Positions 11,412 to 24,959 are shown, numbered from the stretch's first letter. The stretch: DNA of 64,000 bases from Felis catus (GCF_018350175.1 NC_058368.1:48982001-49046000); one strand, 5' to 3'. Program-made: numbers and translations. The notes: generated by a model from the letters alone, not told the origin.

Positions 11412-12759
11412 GGAAGACATTTTAATTTGAAACATAAAGCTAATATTAAAATAGTATTTGTGATTTTAGTCATTGAATGATTCATGTTCATAAGCGAACT
11501 CAATTGACCTGGAGTTTCTTTCCGAAGTGTCCTGTCAAGATTCCCTTTGAGTTAGTATTCAGAGTTCAGAACAATCAACTTTCTGCTTCCAGAAAACATT
11601 CAGTTAGGAGAGGGATAGGGATATTGCTCCAGACCAACTTCATGTTTATTTTAAGCAAGTAAAAGTAAACACTAAGCTAGATCTTAAGCACAAGAAAACC
11701 AAAAGGACTGGGTTTACTACTCTCTACCAGTTTGCAGTCTAGGGTTTACTGTGCATACAAAGAACTGAAAGTACTCCTTGATGTACAGATGCACATTGTA
11801 ACCCGGAAATGTACTTTGTGTATGGAATTACTCAGAATAAAATACATTCACACACAGATACAAAATATAAAACACACATATACACTCACACAAAGCAATC
11901 CAGTAAATGTTAGATTTCAGGGGTTCTTTTCTATCCATGCAAGTTTAGAAGCAATGCAGAGGTAACCACAAGAGTCAGGCAAATGAGCATAAAGTTACCT
12001 ACTCCATTACGTACCAAGATCTCCGTACAATGTGGCTTGAGATATGCTCACGCCTTACCTCAGAATTAAATTTACTCACCCAGTCATATTCTGTGCCTAG
12101 AAAGCCGTCCACTTTTCCAGAAAAGGTCTGCCCTAGACAATCTAAGGCACAGAGGAATAGAGAAAGTATGCTTTCTGGGGTCTAGTTAATGCCCAAGAGG
12201 GATAAGCTTCTAATCTCATTAGCTAGATGTGAGGATGAGGCCTGGAATGATTTTTTTTTTCTTTTTTGGAAGTTCTTCCATATGAGTACATAAGAGGAGG
12301 GAGTGGAGTGTTCTAACCCTGATGCCGATGAAATACGAAAGCAGGGAAGCACTTTAGAGATCTTTTTAACCGATCTTCTCATTTAACGGAATAGAAAAAG
12401 AGGAAGAATAAACTGCCCAAGAACTCACTCTGAGAAAAACTAAAACCAGGATCAGATGTCAATTTTTGTGGATGGCAGTACAATGATATTCCCAAAAGTG
12501 TTTGGCAGTCTGGCCAAAAGGAATCTGCATTTTAAAAGAATAGTCAAGATTCAGGCTTAGCAAAATTTTTGGTCTTTTCATTTCCCATCACTCTGGTGGG
12601 TGTTTTTTGTTTGTGATTAATGATGGCTATTTGTTTACACTTATAACTTATGTGTGAAGTATTTACATTTAAAGCGTGAATAATTTTTTTTATCAATCCT
12701 AAACCAGTTTTTCAGAGAAGAAGAAATGTATTGCGTGAGGAACTTACATTTGTATTATA

Positions 12760-13010
12760 TTTATTTATTTATGTATTTATTTATTCATTTATTTTTAATT
12801 TTTTTCAACGTTTTTATTTATTTTTGGGACAGAGAGAGACAGAGCATGAACGGGGGAGGGGCAGAGAGAGAGGGAGACACAGAATCTGAAGCAGGCTCCA
12901 GGCTCTGAGCCATCAGCCCAGAGCCTGACGCCGGGCTCGAACTCACGGACCGCGAGATCGTGACCTGGCCGAAGTCGGACGCTTAACCAACTGCGCCACC
13001 CAGGCGCCCC
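12760..13010 (-). mobile_element. Young SINEC_Fc with (TTTA)n-extended tail
   Basis: CpG-rich, near-consensus antisense body ('cgcgagatcgtgacctggccgaagtcggacgc'). Confidence 0.95.
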
Positions 13011-13019
13011 GTATATTTA

Positions 13020-14230
13020 AATACAATGCTTTCAGATTGACGTAGATGAAGTTTGGCCTGAGAAGGGAGAATGAAGGCCGGCTCTCAAGGGCTACATTCT
13101 ACACCTATGATCATCGTGATGAACTGACTCACTACTGTTTATGCTTTGGGGGAAGAAGCTTAGAATAAGGAAAGAGTGCAGGCTGCATCCTAGGGTAACA
13201 GCGCTAAAGAATTTGCACGTTAGTGGAGAAACTGGCTAACCCACCCTATAATTTTTATTCACTGATTTTGCTCTGCGCTAAGGACGAGAAAGGCAGTTTC
13301 TCAAAAGTTCTTTGTTAGGAAAGGAGGAGGGTGTGGTGCAGTAAAAAAAGAAAAATGACAGAGCGAATGCTTATTGTTTATGGCGGCTTGTTCGTTCGTA
13401 GATTGCCTACACACACTAGCGCGCACACATGCGCGTGTGAAAAACGGCAAAAGAAAGGGAAGAACAAGTGATCATCTCAGGATTATCCTACAAAGCAGAA
13501 ACTGGAGAAGAGAATAAAATGACTGGCAATCAAACCCCTGAGTGACTCTACATCGCCTTTATTTCTCCTCTAATCAAAGGGCAGCAGGCGGTGGTGGGAG
13601 ATGGCCAGAGCAGGGCGAGATTATGCAGAGAGTGACTTCATTCAGAGAAATCTTGGCAGGATTCCTAACCACTTAGCCGGAGGGAGCATTTCTAAATTTT
13701 ATTTGTGTTCTTCACCTGAGAGAATTGATGCCTTCAAGAGAGCACAAGACACAGGCTAAACAGACATGCAATAAAATTATCCTCCTCGGATGGGTCAGGT
13801 GCTGCCTGATAACTTGGTCTACGCCTACATCAATCCGGGAGCTGCGAGGAGGTGCCCGCAGTCAAGGAGACCTGAAGGTGGCAGGGCTGACAGCGGCGGA
13901 TCTTCCTAAACAAGATACAGAAAGCAGACCCTCAAAAAAGAAGCCAGATATGGAGCTAGTCCTAATGACCTCTGCTTATCATGTATTGTCTGCGATGTTC
14001 ACTACAAGCATGTGCTGCTTTCTTCAGGAAAAAGCAAACCCTAAACTAATAAAGATACGGGATCAATTTTCACTGACCGCCTTCAGAGGAAGCCATGTTT
14101 TGACTGTGCTTTTCTCAAGACCACGAGTGAATTTTTGTCTTTTTCTTTTCTTGAAAAGAGTACACTCTGGCTGATCAGCGAGTTCATGCATCTGGATAAA
14201 TGGATAAACCGCTATTAAATGTGGTGTCAC
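13020..14230. promoter_or_regulatory. Candidate cis-regulatory region (enhancer or weak promoter)
   Basis: Apparently unique DNA retaining visibly more CpG than its flanks; TCF/LEF-like 'atcaaag' near 13573; 'gagtgact' twice; alternating purine-pyrimidine tract 13410-13439. Inference only. Confidence 0.35.
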
Positions 14231-14899
14231 CATTTTCATTATTACTTGTTTTAGAAATTCAGGTTTATAAAATATATTCTAGTGGAGTTTTAAGGAAATC
14301 AGGCTATCTTGTGGTCATCAGAATTTATGGAACTCTGTCCAATACTCTCTACTGGATTAGATTTTAGCTCTGCAAACAGCCTTATCTCTTAAGAGCTAGG
14401 ACCTGAAATTAAATTATAAATTGATACTATCAATAGCAGAAATGTTATCTCGAGCCTGGAAGGCCAGAAAGCTGATTGAATCTCATTCATCACAGACGCA
14501 CTTTGCTAGTCATGGCTGTGCTTGGGTGTGAGGGTGTGTTTATGTGTTATAACCAGTGGGCTGGTCAGCTGCGCTGGTTAGCACACAGAGCTGATGGGAG
14601 CAGCAGAAAATGTTCTATGGCTCCATAAGCCAGTTAACTCTGCTTTGTTTAGTGATGATTGATGGTGATTTAGATCCTATCTGGCAGTCTCATATCCCAC
14701 TGATGATCCCAATAATAGAACCAACTTTATGCATGAAAACTTAAAGCTATTTTTTTTTCTTATTGGATTCAAGGAGGCACAAAGAGCTGCATGGAGAGGC
14801 AACACAAAGTGCTTATAGCTGTTTTCTGAGAATCCATAGAGACTTTGTATGCCTACTATCTCCTTCTTAGGGATTTCTACACATAGGGCATATAGAAAC

Positions 14900-15565
14900 T
14901 ATACTTGGAGCCAACAGACCTGGAAATACTGGCATTTTTGAATTAGACTTGGAATGAATGTCAGCTACAACCCAACCACTTATAGACTAGTGGGGGGGTC
15001 TACCATGAGAGCTGGACCCCTAACTTCAGTAGCAAATCTGCTACGATCCTCTCTTCTAGAGGGTTTTAAATACAAAATCCATAGAGAGGGTAACAAACAC
15101 ATGAGTGAGGCAGAGATGGAACTTGATACAGAGAGAAGGTAGCAAGAAGTGATAACCCACTAGAAATTATGAGGCAGCAGATGTTGTGAACAAGCAAGAA
15201 TTGTGTGGCAGACTGCAGAGCAGAGAATATTTCATTACGAGCAGCCAGAGCACAGGAAGTAGCTACACAGAGTAGCTAAATAACCACGCTGAGCAGTGCA
15301 TAAAGGAAGCCTTTCTGTGGCTGGGGGCATCAAATGATAGCAAGGTCTCCACACTCATGTTGTGTACTGAACAGCATTTCCTTTCTCCACAAGGCCCAAC
15401 TTTGTTATTGTGGAAGGATTCTGAAAGATATTCTAGTCTCTTGGAAGCCTGGCTATGCAGCTGTTCCTAATCTCTCTTACTTCCTATGTGTCCTTTATAA
15501 TAAAACTCTACCACTTGAGGTAATCTGAGGGTGGCTTTGTATCTGCTACCTGAAGCGTCCTAATA
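14900..15565 (+). mobile_element. Probable ancient MaLR/ERVL LTR remnant
   Basis: 3' part resembles MLT-type ends ('aataaaactc...acttgaggtaatctgagggtggctttgtatctgctacctgaagcgtcctaat'). Confidence 0.4.
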
Positions 15566-15698
15566 TGCAAACATTATTTGCATTAGGGAAAATATTTTGT
15601 TGCTTTGGGCATTAGTTTTTAAATCCCTCATTCTCATCTAATTTCTACCAGTCCACATGGATCATTAGCTTTTATCCCCATTTGAGGTTCTACTCAAT

Positions 15699-15910
15699 CT
15701 TTTTTTTTTTACTTTTATGTATTTTTGAGAGAGACAGAACACAAGTGGGGCAGGGACAGAGAGACACAGAGGGAGACACAGAATCTGAAGCAGGCTCCAG
15801 GCTCTGAGCTGTCAGCACAGAACCCGATGCGGGGCTTGAACCCACAAACTGTGAGATCATGACCTGAGCTGAGGTCGGCTGCTTAAGCAATTGAGCCACC
15901 TAGGTGCCCC
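15699..15910 (-). mobile_element. SINEC
   Basis: Antisense SINEC with poly-T tail at left. Confidence 0.93.
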
Positions 15911-16051
15911 TATTCATGTTTAATCATTGAGAAACAAGAAACTCATCAAAATCTTAAAATAAATTCAAAAGATTATTGAAAAAAAATTCTACTCAAATTT
16001 GTGACACATATTAAATGAAAGCCTTTCATTGTATTCTTGGGCATTAAGGAA

Positions 16052-17130
16052 TCATTCCAAAAAGACACACAGAGGGCCAACACATTTGAAAAGATGTTCA
16101 ACATCACTCATTATCAGGGAAGTACAAATCAAAACTACAATGAGATACCACCTCACACCTGTCAGAATGGCTTAAAAAAAACACACACACACAAGAAACA
16201 AGTGTTGGTGAAGATGTGGAGAAAAAGGAACCCTCATGCACTGTTGGTGGAAACGCAAACTGGTGCAGCCACTGTGAAAAATAGTATGGAGTTTCCTCAA
16301 AAAATGAAAACCAGAATGACCCTATGATCCAGTAATCGCACTACTGGGAGTGTACCCAAAGAATACAAAAGCACTAACTCCAAAGGATATATGCTCCCCT
16401 ATGCTTACTGCAGCACTATTCTTATTTTTTTTAATGTTTATTTATTTTTGAGAGAGAGAGAGAGAGAGAGCGCTTGAGTGGGGGTGGGGTGGGGCAGAGG
16501 GAGAGAGGGAGACACAGAATCTGAAGCAGGCTCCAGGTTTTGAGCTGTCAGTGCAGAACCCGACACGGGTCTCAAACTCATGAACCACGAGATCATGACC
16601 TGAGCCAAAGTCAGATGCTTAACTGACTGAGCCACCCTGGTGCTCCACCGCATCATTTTTAATAGCCAAATTATGGAAACAGCCTAATGCCATCAACAGA
16701 TGAATGGATAAGGAAGATGTGGTATATATACAAATATATATCATGGAATATTATTCAGCCATAAAAAATAATGAAATCTTGCCATGTGCAACAACATGGA
16801 TAAAGCTAGGGAATATAATGCTAAGTGAAATAAGTCAGAGAAAGACTAATACCATATGATTTCACTCATATCTGGAATTTAAGAAACAAATGAGCAAGGA
16901 AAAAAAACACAAACCAAAAAACAGACTCTTAATTATAGAGAGTAAACTGACGGTTACCAGAAGGCAGGTGGGGGGGCGGTGGATGACATAGGTGACGGGG
17001 ATTAAGAGTACATTTATCATGGTGAGCACTGAGTAATGTATACAGCTGTTGAGTCACTATATTGTACACCTGAAACTAATATAGCACTGCACATTAACTA
17101 TACTGGAATTGAAATGAAAAAATAAAAAAA
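16052..17130 (+). mobile_element. 5'-truncated carnivore L1 (ORF2 C-terminus plus 3'UTR), older subfamily, split by a SINE
   Basis: Homologous to 45160-45760 of the full L1; older-type 3'UTR ending 'tacacctgaaactaatatagcactg...ttaactatactggaattgaaa' then A tail. Confidence 0.9.
16422..16647 (-). mobile_element. SINEC nested inside an L1 fragment
   Basis: Antisense SINEC; L1 text continues colinearly on both sides. Confidence 0.92.
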
Positions 17131-17768
17131 CACATATCTCTTGACTTTGGAATCTTATATAACCAACAATATTTTGATAGTGGCTCCGAGGGTGGTATTT
17201 GGTGGTATTTCATAAAGAAACACAGTAGACATTCAAATTGCGCAGGGACAACCCATGTATAGAAGGGCTTGAGATACTGATCGCTGCCCTGTTTACTTAT
17301 AACTCTGTAGTTGTCCACTGGAAAGGTATTGGAAACCAAGGAAGCTTTATTGTGTCAATCCATGGTCCTAAGGCTCATCAAAACTCTCCAACTGTGCATA
17401 GCATAGCTAAATTTCATTCTACAGGACACATGTACATTATGTATAATGGAAATCAATGAAAACAAACTTGGTTTCTTATGCAGAAATCCATTTTTCATAC
17501 CATGTGTTTATGTACTTTGATTCTGCCTATGTAGAGAGATTAGAATTGGGCATTAATTAGAGAAATAAGAGTAGTAACACATAAAATAATGTGGTAAAAA
17601 GCCTCATTCATAGTCACAAGATAAAGCAAAATTAAAAAATAATAACATTCCAACTTAAAAACTTTAAATGGGCTTCTTTTTACAAAAAAAAAGTAACAAA
17701 TAATTTCTTCGGTTAATTGCTGTTTTAATTAAAAACTGAAGCTTATAATGAATATTTGTCGTAACAAG

Positions 17769-18118
17769 TGTCTTAGTCTGTTTGGGCTGCTATAACAAAA
17801 ATACCATAGACTAGGTGGCTTAAACAATGAACACTTATTTCTCATGGTTCTGGAGGCTGGAAAGTCCAAGATCAAGGTGCCAGCAGATTTGGTGTCTGGT
17901 GAGAATACACTTACTGGTTTGTAGATGGTAGTCTTATTGCCGTGTCCTCACATAGTGGAAGGGGTAGAAGAACATCCCGAGTTCTTTTTCATAAAGGCTC
18001 TAACCTCAATTCATGAGAGCTCAACCCTCATGACCTCATCACCTTCCAAAGGCCACACATTCAAATACCATCACATTGAGTGGTAGGATTTCAACGTATG
18101 AGCTTTGGGGAAACAAAC
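17769..18118 (-). mobile_element. MLT1A/B-type MaLR solo LTR
   Basis: Begins 'tgtcttagtctgtttgggctgctataacaaaaataccatagact', has 'ggaggctggaaagtccaagatcaaggtgccagcag', ends 'tttcaacgtatgagctttgggga'. Confidence 0.88.
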
Positions 18119-18254
18119 AGCAGGTGTAGCTGTGGATGAAGCCCTGCACAGTCAGTTAAGGTACCCAGATATGGAGAGCTGTGGTATTGACAACATGTGC
18201 TAGCATGTCAATAGCACTCTTCTTTCTCTTTTTGTTTCTTCCCAGTCTGAAAAC

Positions 18255-19010
18255 TTTTTATTTTGAATTATTTTAGACTTACAAAAAAGTTACAAAAATA
18301 TTACCATAGTCCTCATACACCTCCCCCGAAATGTTAACATCTTATAGAGAGTACAGTTATCTGATCCAGTAATTTAATACTGATACAATGCCATCGACCA
18401 ATCTACAAACCTCATTTGAATTTTGCCGATTGTCCCACTGGTGTCTTTTCCATGGTTTAAGATCCCACCCAGGGTCTCACATTGCATTTATGTGGCATGC
18501 CACCTTCGACTCCAATCTGGTGACTTCAGGGACTCTTTTTCTTTCTGTTTCAGGGACTGGACAAATCTGAAGATTACTAGAAGCTATTTTGTAGAATTTG
18601 GCTAGCATTGAAGTTATGCATTCTTGGCAAGAATGTCACAATAGTGAAGATGTGGCCTTGCTAATGCATCACACTGGAAGGTACATTAATTTGGTATTTG
18701 TTATTACTGTTGATGTTAAGTTCAATCACTTGGTTGAGGTGGCATCTGCCAGGCTTCTCCCTTGTAAAGTTACAATTTTCCTTTTGTAATTGATGTACCT
18801 TGTGGGAAGATAATATAATGCTACAGATATTCTGTTTGTCATTGTGCTTTTGGTGTCTAATTTTAACATCCAAAGAGGATTCTTACCTGCGACAATGATT
18901 GGTCAATGGTATTTGATAAACGATGGTTTTCTACTTCCAATTATTCATCTATTTTTATTAATTGGGATACTATTATAAGAGAGTTACTCTTTTCTTCCAT
19001 TTACTTATCT
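18255..19010 (-). mobile_element. Ancient L1MC-like 3' fragment
   Basis: 'ttattttagacttacaaaaaagttacaaaaata', 'atcacttggttgaggtggcatctgccagg...tgtaaagttac' resemble L1MC 3' text. Confidence 0.65.
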
Positions 19011-21721
19011 GTAGAGATGTGCTTTTATTTCCAACTCAAAGTCTCTCACCATCCAAATTATCACCTTCCTTAGCTCATGTCACCTTTTCTTCTCTGGGGG
19101 CCCCAGAGTCAGTCACAAACATGAGTGTACTGGTCTCTTATATGGTACTCCATTCTCTCAGTTTCTTTTGTCTTAGGTTGTATCTTCAATGATTGGCTTG
19201 ACCCATTGCCCTGGGTTTCCAGGCTAATTCACTTACCCTGACATTTACTTCTTACATTTTATGAACTCTGCTGGCCCTGGTTTTTACTGCTACATTCTTG
19301 ATTTTCCACTGCCCTTACTTAAGGCCAATTTTACCAGAAAATTCCTCTGTTAGAAGAGTAATTCAATTTAAGTCAGCAAACAGGAGCGAGTGTTGCTATC
19401 AGTCTTAATAGTGCATATTTTGTCTGCTAGCTTCTATTCCGTCTTATTTTAGTAGTGACTTCCATTAGGGAAGTCCATTGTGCGTGGGCGTGGTGGGATT
19501 GTTTGAAAAAGCCACCTGCCTCCCTCAGGCAGGGATGAGTCTCCCCATTCAACTGGGGCTGCCCACATTTTCTTTTCCAGGACTCCAAACTCTGAGTGGG
19601 GTGAAGCAAAGACACACAAACTAGACAGAATAAAAGCATTTGGAGCACATTCATTGCCATGGGGGAGCCTTGAAGATACTGACACCTAATTCGCGCTAAT
19701 GAGACATCTGAGGCTTTCCTGGTTTCTGGCATTTTTAGAGCCTAGTTCTCCAACCTCCTTTCTAAATTTGTGAATTTTCCTAAAGTCTTTCAATAAACAC
19801 ATTTTGGGTACCTTAAACAGTCATATTTTGTAGCCTGAGGAAAAAAAAAAACCACTATTGCACTCTTCCAAGAAAAGTACAGGAAAGAATATTGTTTTTC
19901 TGAAGCTAAAGCCTCCAAGAAAGAAATACTAGGTCCTCTGTTGATGGGGATTGGATTAGCAGCAAGGTAGGGAGACTGCTCTCTCCTCACAGGCATGGCT
20001 GATTGCCTGGGGTCACGGGACACTTGCACCGTTACATATGGCAGACTTGGAAAAAACAGCCAGCGAAGAATTAAATATCTTGGCTTTCCAAGGATCTGTG
20101 CAACTGTGTCCTGATCTACTTGTCTAGTTTCCCTCACACTGTTCCCAGTACCTTTGTGTGTCTGCTGGTTTGCCTGGCCTTGCCCCTCCTAGCCTTCCAC
20201 ACTCTGGGCCAAGGCAAGCTTCAGCTACTGTTTTCTCTCCAGTGCCTCACCCGGGAACGCCAAAGCACCTTCAAGGTACCCCTATTTCTCAGTGTAACCC
20301 TACCCTCTCTACTGAGAGGGAACTGGAAGAGAAAGCCTGGCATTCTCTTCCAACTTTATTACATCTGGAAGAAAGAGAGGATATTTTTAACAAGTTCTAC
20401 AGCTACAGGAGAAAATTGTGATCACTTTACTACAGTTGTCTCCATACCCCTGAAAAAGAGGCCCCACTGTTATAAACGTGGCTTCTGTTGTCTCTTTGTA
20501 TACCATGCCCTTCACTCTCAGGGGTAGACTCTTTAGGCAAATGCACAATTCCTTATAACAGGGTACTCTTTCACACCAAACAAGAGAGACCTAGCATTAC
20601 CATGGGATACAGACACTGTGGGTGTAACATTTTAATATGGTGATGAGATTATGGGGTCAAGAATAAAACACAAACTTTACACAGGCTTATGTTGGAACTA
20701 TGCAGATTCCTGCAGTATGCATGAACTAAAGTTCTCCTTAAAAAGATGTTAATATGAATAAAATAATCTTATGACTCAATATTGCAAAAACATGTTATGT
20801 CACATCATTTTCAAAATATTTGTCAAAGGCCAAGGGAGACAACTGTATCAGGATGGGGTCGAAGTAAAAAAAAAAAAAAATACTGTAATCTTTATGATGC
20901 CAAATGGCCTGATATTTTATTTTGGAAAACTGATAGCTGGCTTGGAGGAAGGAACACACACGGGGGCGGGGTCACACTCTTGTACATCTTCTTTCAGAAG
21001 TGGCATGCCTTCTCTCCCTCTCCAAAGAAAGTGTATGACTGGTTACCCAAATATTTCTGGAATGGACATGTCCAGGACTGGCTCAGAAGTAGGGCAGATA
21101 AGGTGGTGGTAATATACTAAATGGATATCTTACTCGGATTTGAACTTATAATGCCAATTTCCTCCTTGAAGAGGAAGTGCCTGCTCCCCTCAGGAGGCTC
21201 TTTACGGTGATAGGTTCAAAGAGACACCCTATGGGACTTGGCAGAAATCCCACCCTGTGTGCCAGGGGCAGATCCACGTAGAGGAAGCTGGCCTCCGAAC
21301 GGAGAAAGGAAGCTCATCTCTGTGAGGAGTTCTCATCTCTAAGCCTACAAGCTGAGCACCTCCTACCTCCTTGTTTCCTGTGTTGCCCTAGAGGCTTGCT
21401 TCACTGCTATTAGTGCTATTTATAATATATTATAATTGTTTGTTTATGCATTTTTCTTTCCTGCTATGCTGTGAATTTCTTAAACACAAAGTATGGCATT
21501 TTTAGCTTCCTATCCTAAGCACCTAGCAAAGATTGGCTGATGTAAAATGATTAATAAACAGATTAAAAGTAACTTTCTAACCTCTGACCTTATATCATTC
21601 TTACTTTTCTGTACTGACTCATACTGTTGTTTTTATTTGCCTGTGTGCAAATTCTACAAAAAGTCTGTGTCCACTACGAAAATGTGAGGTTTTACATTTT
21701 AGGTAAAATAGGTAACTTTCA

Positions 21722-21931
21722 GGGGCGCCTGGGTGGCGCAGTCGGTTAAGCGTCCGACTTCAGCCAGGTCACGATCTCGCGGTCCACGAGTTCGAGCCCC
21801 GCGTCGGGCTCTGGGCTGATGGCTCAGAGCCTGGAGCCTGTTTCCAATTCTGTGTCTCCCTCTCTCTCTGCCCCTCCCCCGTTCATGCTCTGTCTCTCTC
21901 TGTCCCAAAAATAAATAAAAATGTTAAAAAA
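21722..21931 (+). mobile_element. Young SINEC_Fc with perfect 17-bp TSD
   Basis: TSD 'aaaataggtaactttca' at 21705-21721 and 21932-21948; CpGs retained. Confidence 0.97.
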
Positions 21932-21999
21932 AAAATAGGTAACTTTCACAGAAATTAAAACCAGATTTCATCCCATGTTTTTTTAAATTTTAGATTCTG

Positions 22000-22001
22000 G
22001 A

Positions 22002-22081
<80 letters not shown>

Positions 22082-22197
22082 AGAGAAATAGAGAGAGAGA
22101 GAGAAAGAAAGAGTGAAAGAAAGAAAGAAAAGAGAGAGAGAAAGAAAGAAAGAAAGAAAGAAAGAGAAAGAAAAGAAAAGAAAAGAAAGAAAAAAAA
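22000..22197. repeat. (GAAA)n/(GA)n compound microsatellite
   Basis: Directly visible. Confidence 0.97.
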
Positions 22198-22599
22198 TGA
22201 CTGCATGGCTGCTGTAGAATTGAAGTTCATATCCACTGTGAGAAAAAAAATTCAATCTTATTTCTAGGAATGTTACAGATTATTTCTCTCATAACAGTAT
22301 GGAGGACAGACCAGCACAGACAGGAACTAACTCTCCTGGCTTGCCCTGTCTACTTTCCCTCAGTGCCCATTGCACATCTGTCCTTCCTTGCTTCTGGAAT
22401 TTTCCACAGGCCATCACCACAGCACATAATCAGGTGTGAGCCAATGACTACCCAACTGGAATGGGGAAATATCTTTTCTGCTTAATCAGCAGAGATACGA
22501 TCACAATTCTTAACAATAAACTCACATTAGAAACTAAGACTAAATGAACAAAACAGAAATGAGCAAATTTACTGAAAGTAGCTCCTGGAAGTCTTCTTT

Positions 22600-22860
22600 T
22601 CTTTTTTATGAAAACTTTTTCAGAACTCTGAAAATTAACCAAAGATTTGCAACAACGTAAGCAGCAATTACTCGAGAAAAATGACTGAGTATCAGAAAGA
22701 ACAATGAACTTTTTGGTATTTTACCGTGACCTATTGCCATCCCTCTATCTCCAGCTCTTGAAAACCGACACCCTCACAATTAATGTATCTGTGAAAAACA
22801 GCCGATTAGAAGCCAATGGAAGAGGCGGAATGGGTTTGGAATTCAGACAACAGTGGCTTG
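22600..22860 (+). mobile_element. Possible ancient L1M 5'-region fragment
   Basis: 'aactttttcagaactctgaaaattaaccaaagatttgcaaca' resembles old L1M 5' text; recalled only. Confidence 0.35.
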
Positions 22861-24959
22861 AAGCTGTGGGGGTCACACTCTTCATGTAGGAACCTGACTT
22901 CAGGAACTCCTTCAGTCCTCTCTTTTCTGTCTGCTCCCTGCTTGGTGCCCCTCCAAAGCCAATGAAAATTACACATTACCCAGGGCTTGAGGTTGAGTCA
23001 AAGAAGAAATTAGTTAAATCAAAACCAAGAGAAAAAGAAATGAGGCTGACATACCTTGGCAGAAGCATAGGAAGGCTGGAAGAGGTCCTTGAGGGACTGT
23101 AGGGGAATCTTAGTAAGAAATGGATGATTGGATGATTTGAATTTAAAATATATTTTTCCTCTCTTATCTTTTCCCCTGAAGATTTTAATTGGTAATATAA
23201 AGGCTTTTGGTAACACTTCTCATTTTTTTTTTGCTATAGAATTGAGAGTGTGCCTATGTGTGTGTGAAGTAGAAAATTACTCTATTTTTAAGGGTCAATT
23301 ATGCTCAGCCATAAAGATTCAAACACCAAATACACCCAGAGATATGCACTATAACAAAGATTTGGATTCATAAGAATAAGAAAATTAAGCCTCTGGGGAA
23401 AATTAGCATACTGAGCCAGTGTTTTATCCCACTTTGCCTTATGAAAATATTTTTCATCTCTGTTATGCACCAAGCTGCTGTTTAGAATTCTTAAACAGTT
23501 TCAAATGGTTAACTCATTAATATTGAGACATCAGTGCTTCCAGTAGATCCTTCTTACTTAATAAAAGATGTTTCTCTTTCACAGAAATACATTATACCTA
23601 TTAGTCTGGTAAAAATTTTCCATTCCAAGGGAATGACTACAACAAAACTTTTTGAGCCACTACAAAATAATGTATACATTGTGTTCTTAAAAAAATACAT
23701 TTCCACATGCTTGAACATTAACTACGATAAATTCTCAGCACTCTAACCTTGGCTGAGCATCATTAATGATTCCTTTTGCTTGTTCAGATGCACTACCTGC
23801 CTTCCCTGTCTCTCTCAAACTAAGCAAAACTTAATGCGTTCTTCCCCCTAACTAGAGGGAGGTTGCATGGAGTGGTTGGTGGGGAGACAATGGAAATACA
23901 CAGTGATGGATTCATAATACAACATTTAAATATGTAAGTTCTAGAGCCAGGAGTCATTAAACCTCTGCAAGTGATGGTCATCTTCAGCAAAGGGAATGGA
24001 GAATTTCCAGTGTATCCAAACCTTTGAGACAGGGTAAGATCTTACTTCTAGATCTCTTACTTGAAAAATATAGCCTAAAATTTGAAACATTATTGGCTGC
24101 ATCTTATCCCAATCCTTTTGTTTAGCTACATAGGATATGTGGCAGCATATAGAAGTTACCCTTTATTGTCTTTACAAAATCTACACTCTGTCCATTAAAA
24201 ATTAAGCTCAAGTTTGTTAGGTTGATATGTGTGTGATGTGTTCATGCTGGAATACTACACATAACTGTGAGCTTTGTGTTTTTATTAGCCAAATATTAAC
24301 AATACAAGGATACCTGGGTTTGGTAGCAGCTGCAACTCGGCCCTTGCTGTTTTTCCAGTTGCTTTGACATACCCCCAATGCACACATGCCCATAAAGGAG
24401 GTAGAAGCTTTTTCTGTGCCCATGATATGGTTTTTAGGGGAAACAATTCAAGAACATGGGGTTTGGTGGCACACTGAATAGTGATACTCCTGGAGTTTTA
24501 TAGCAAGAGCTTGATGGGAGAATTTGATGCTATTTTATTCATCAGTCAGTGACCAAATCCTAGCTTCTAGGTGAAGAAAGTTTGCTCATAAGAAATGAGC
24601 CTAAGTTTAGGAATGACTTATATAGGAAAAACGAGTTTAAACCCCCTTTCTCATGTGTGTAAAGAATGCCCTTTAATTCAAAGATTATAAAATCAAAGTT
24701 TTAGTAGCCACAGTAAAACACCAGGGGTACATCAGGGCTGGGGAAAGATGGCAGGAAGTAGAATAGCGATGCATCGCTGAATAAAAGGCCAGTGGCCTGG
24801 GGGTGGTGCTCCTTTTCCTCTACTGCATGTCTTCATGCTAATATTTTTGCCCTGGTTTTCAGGGAGATTTCAGCCCATGGGATTCTATTCCAGTAAGTTG
24901 TGATTCTCTGTCTTCACAACAGAATATTGGTTGCTCAACAAAATTGAACACAACAAAAT

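Noticed and set aside
13725..14174. 149-aa ORF, the longest outside L1
   Set aside because: No recognisable domain or homology and no supporting gene structure; kept only as part of a candidate regulatory region.
19790..21120. Overlapping 87-135 aa ORFs on both strands
   Set aside because: No recognisable protein features, several with non-ATG starts; expected by chance.
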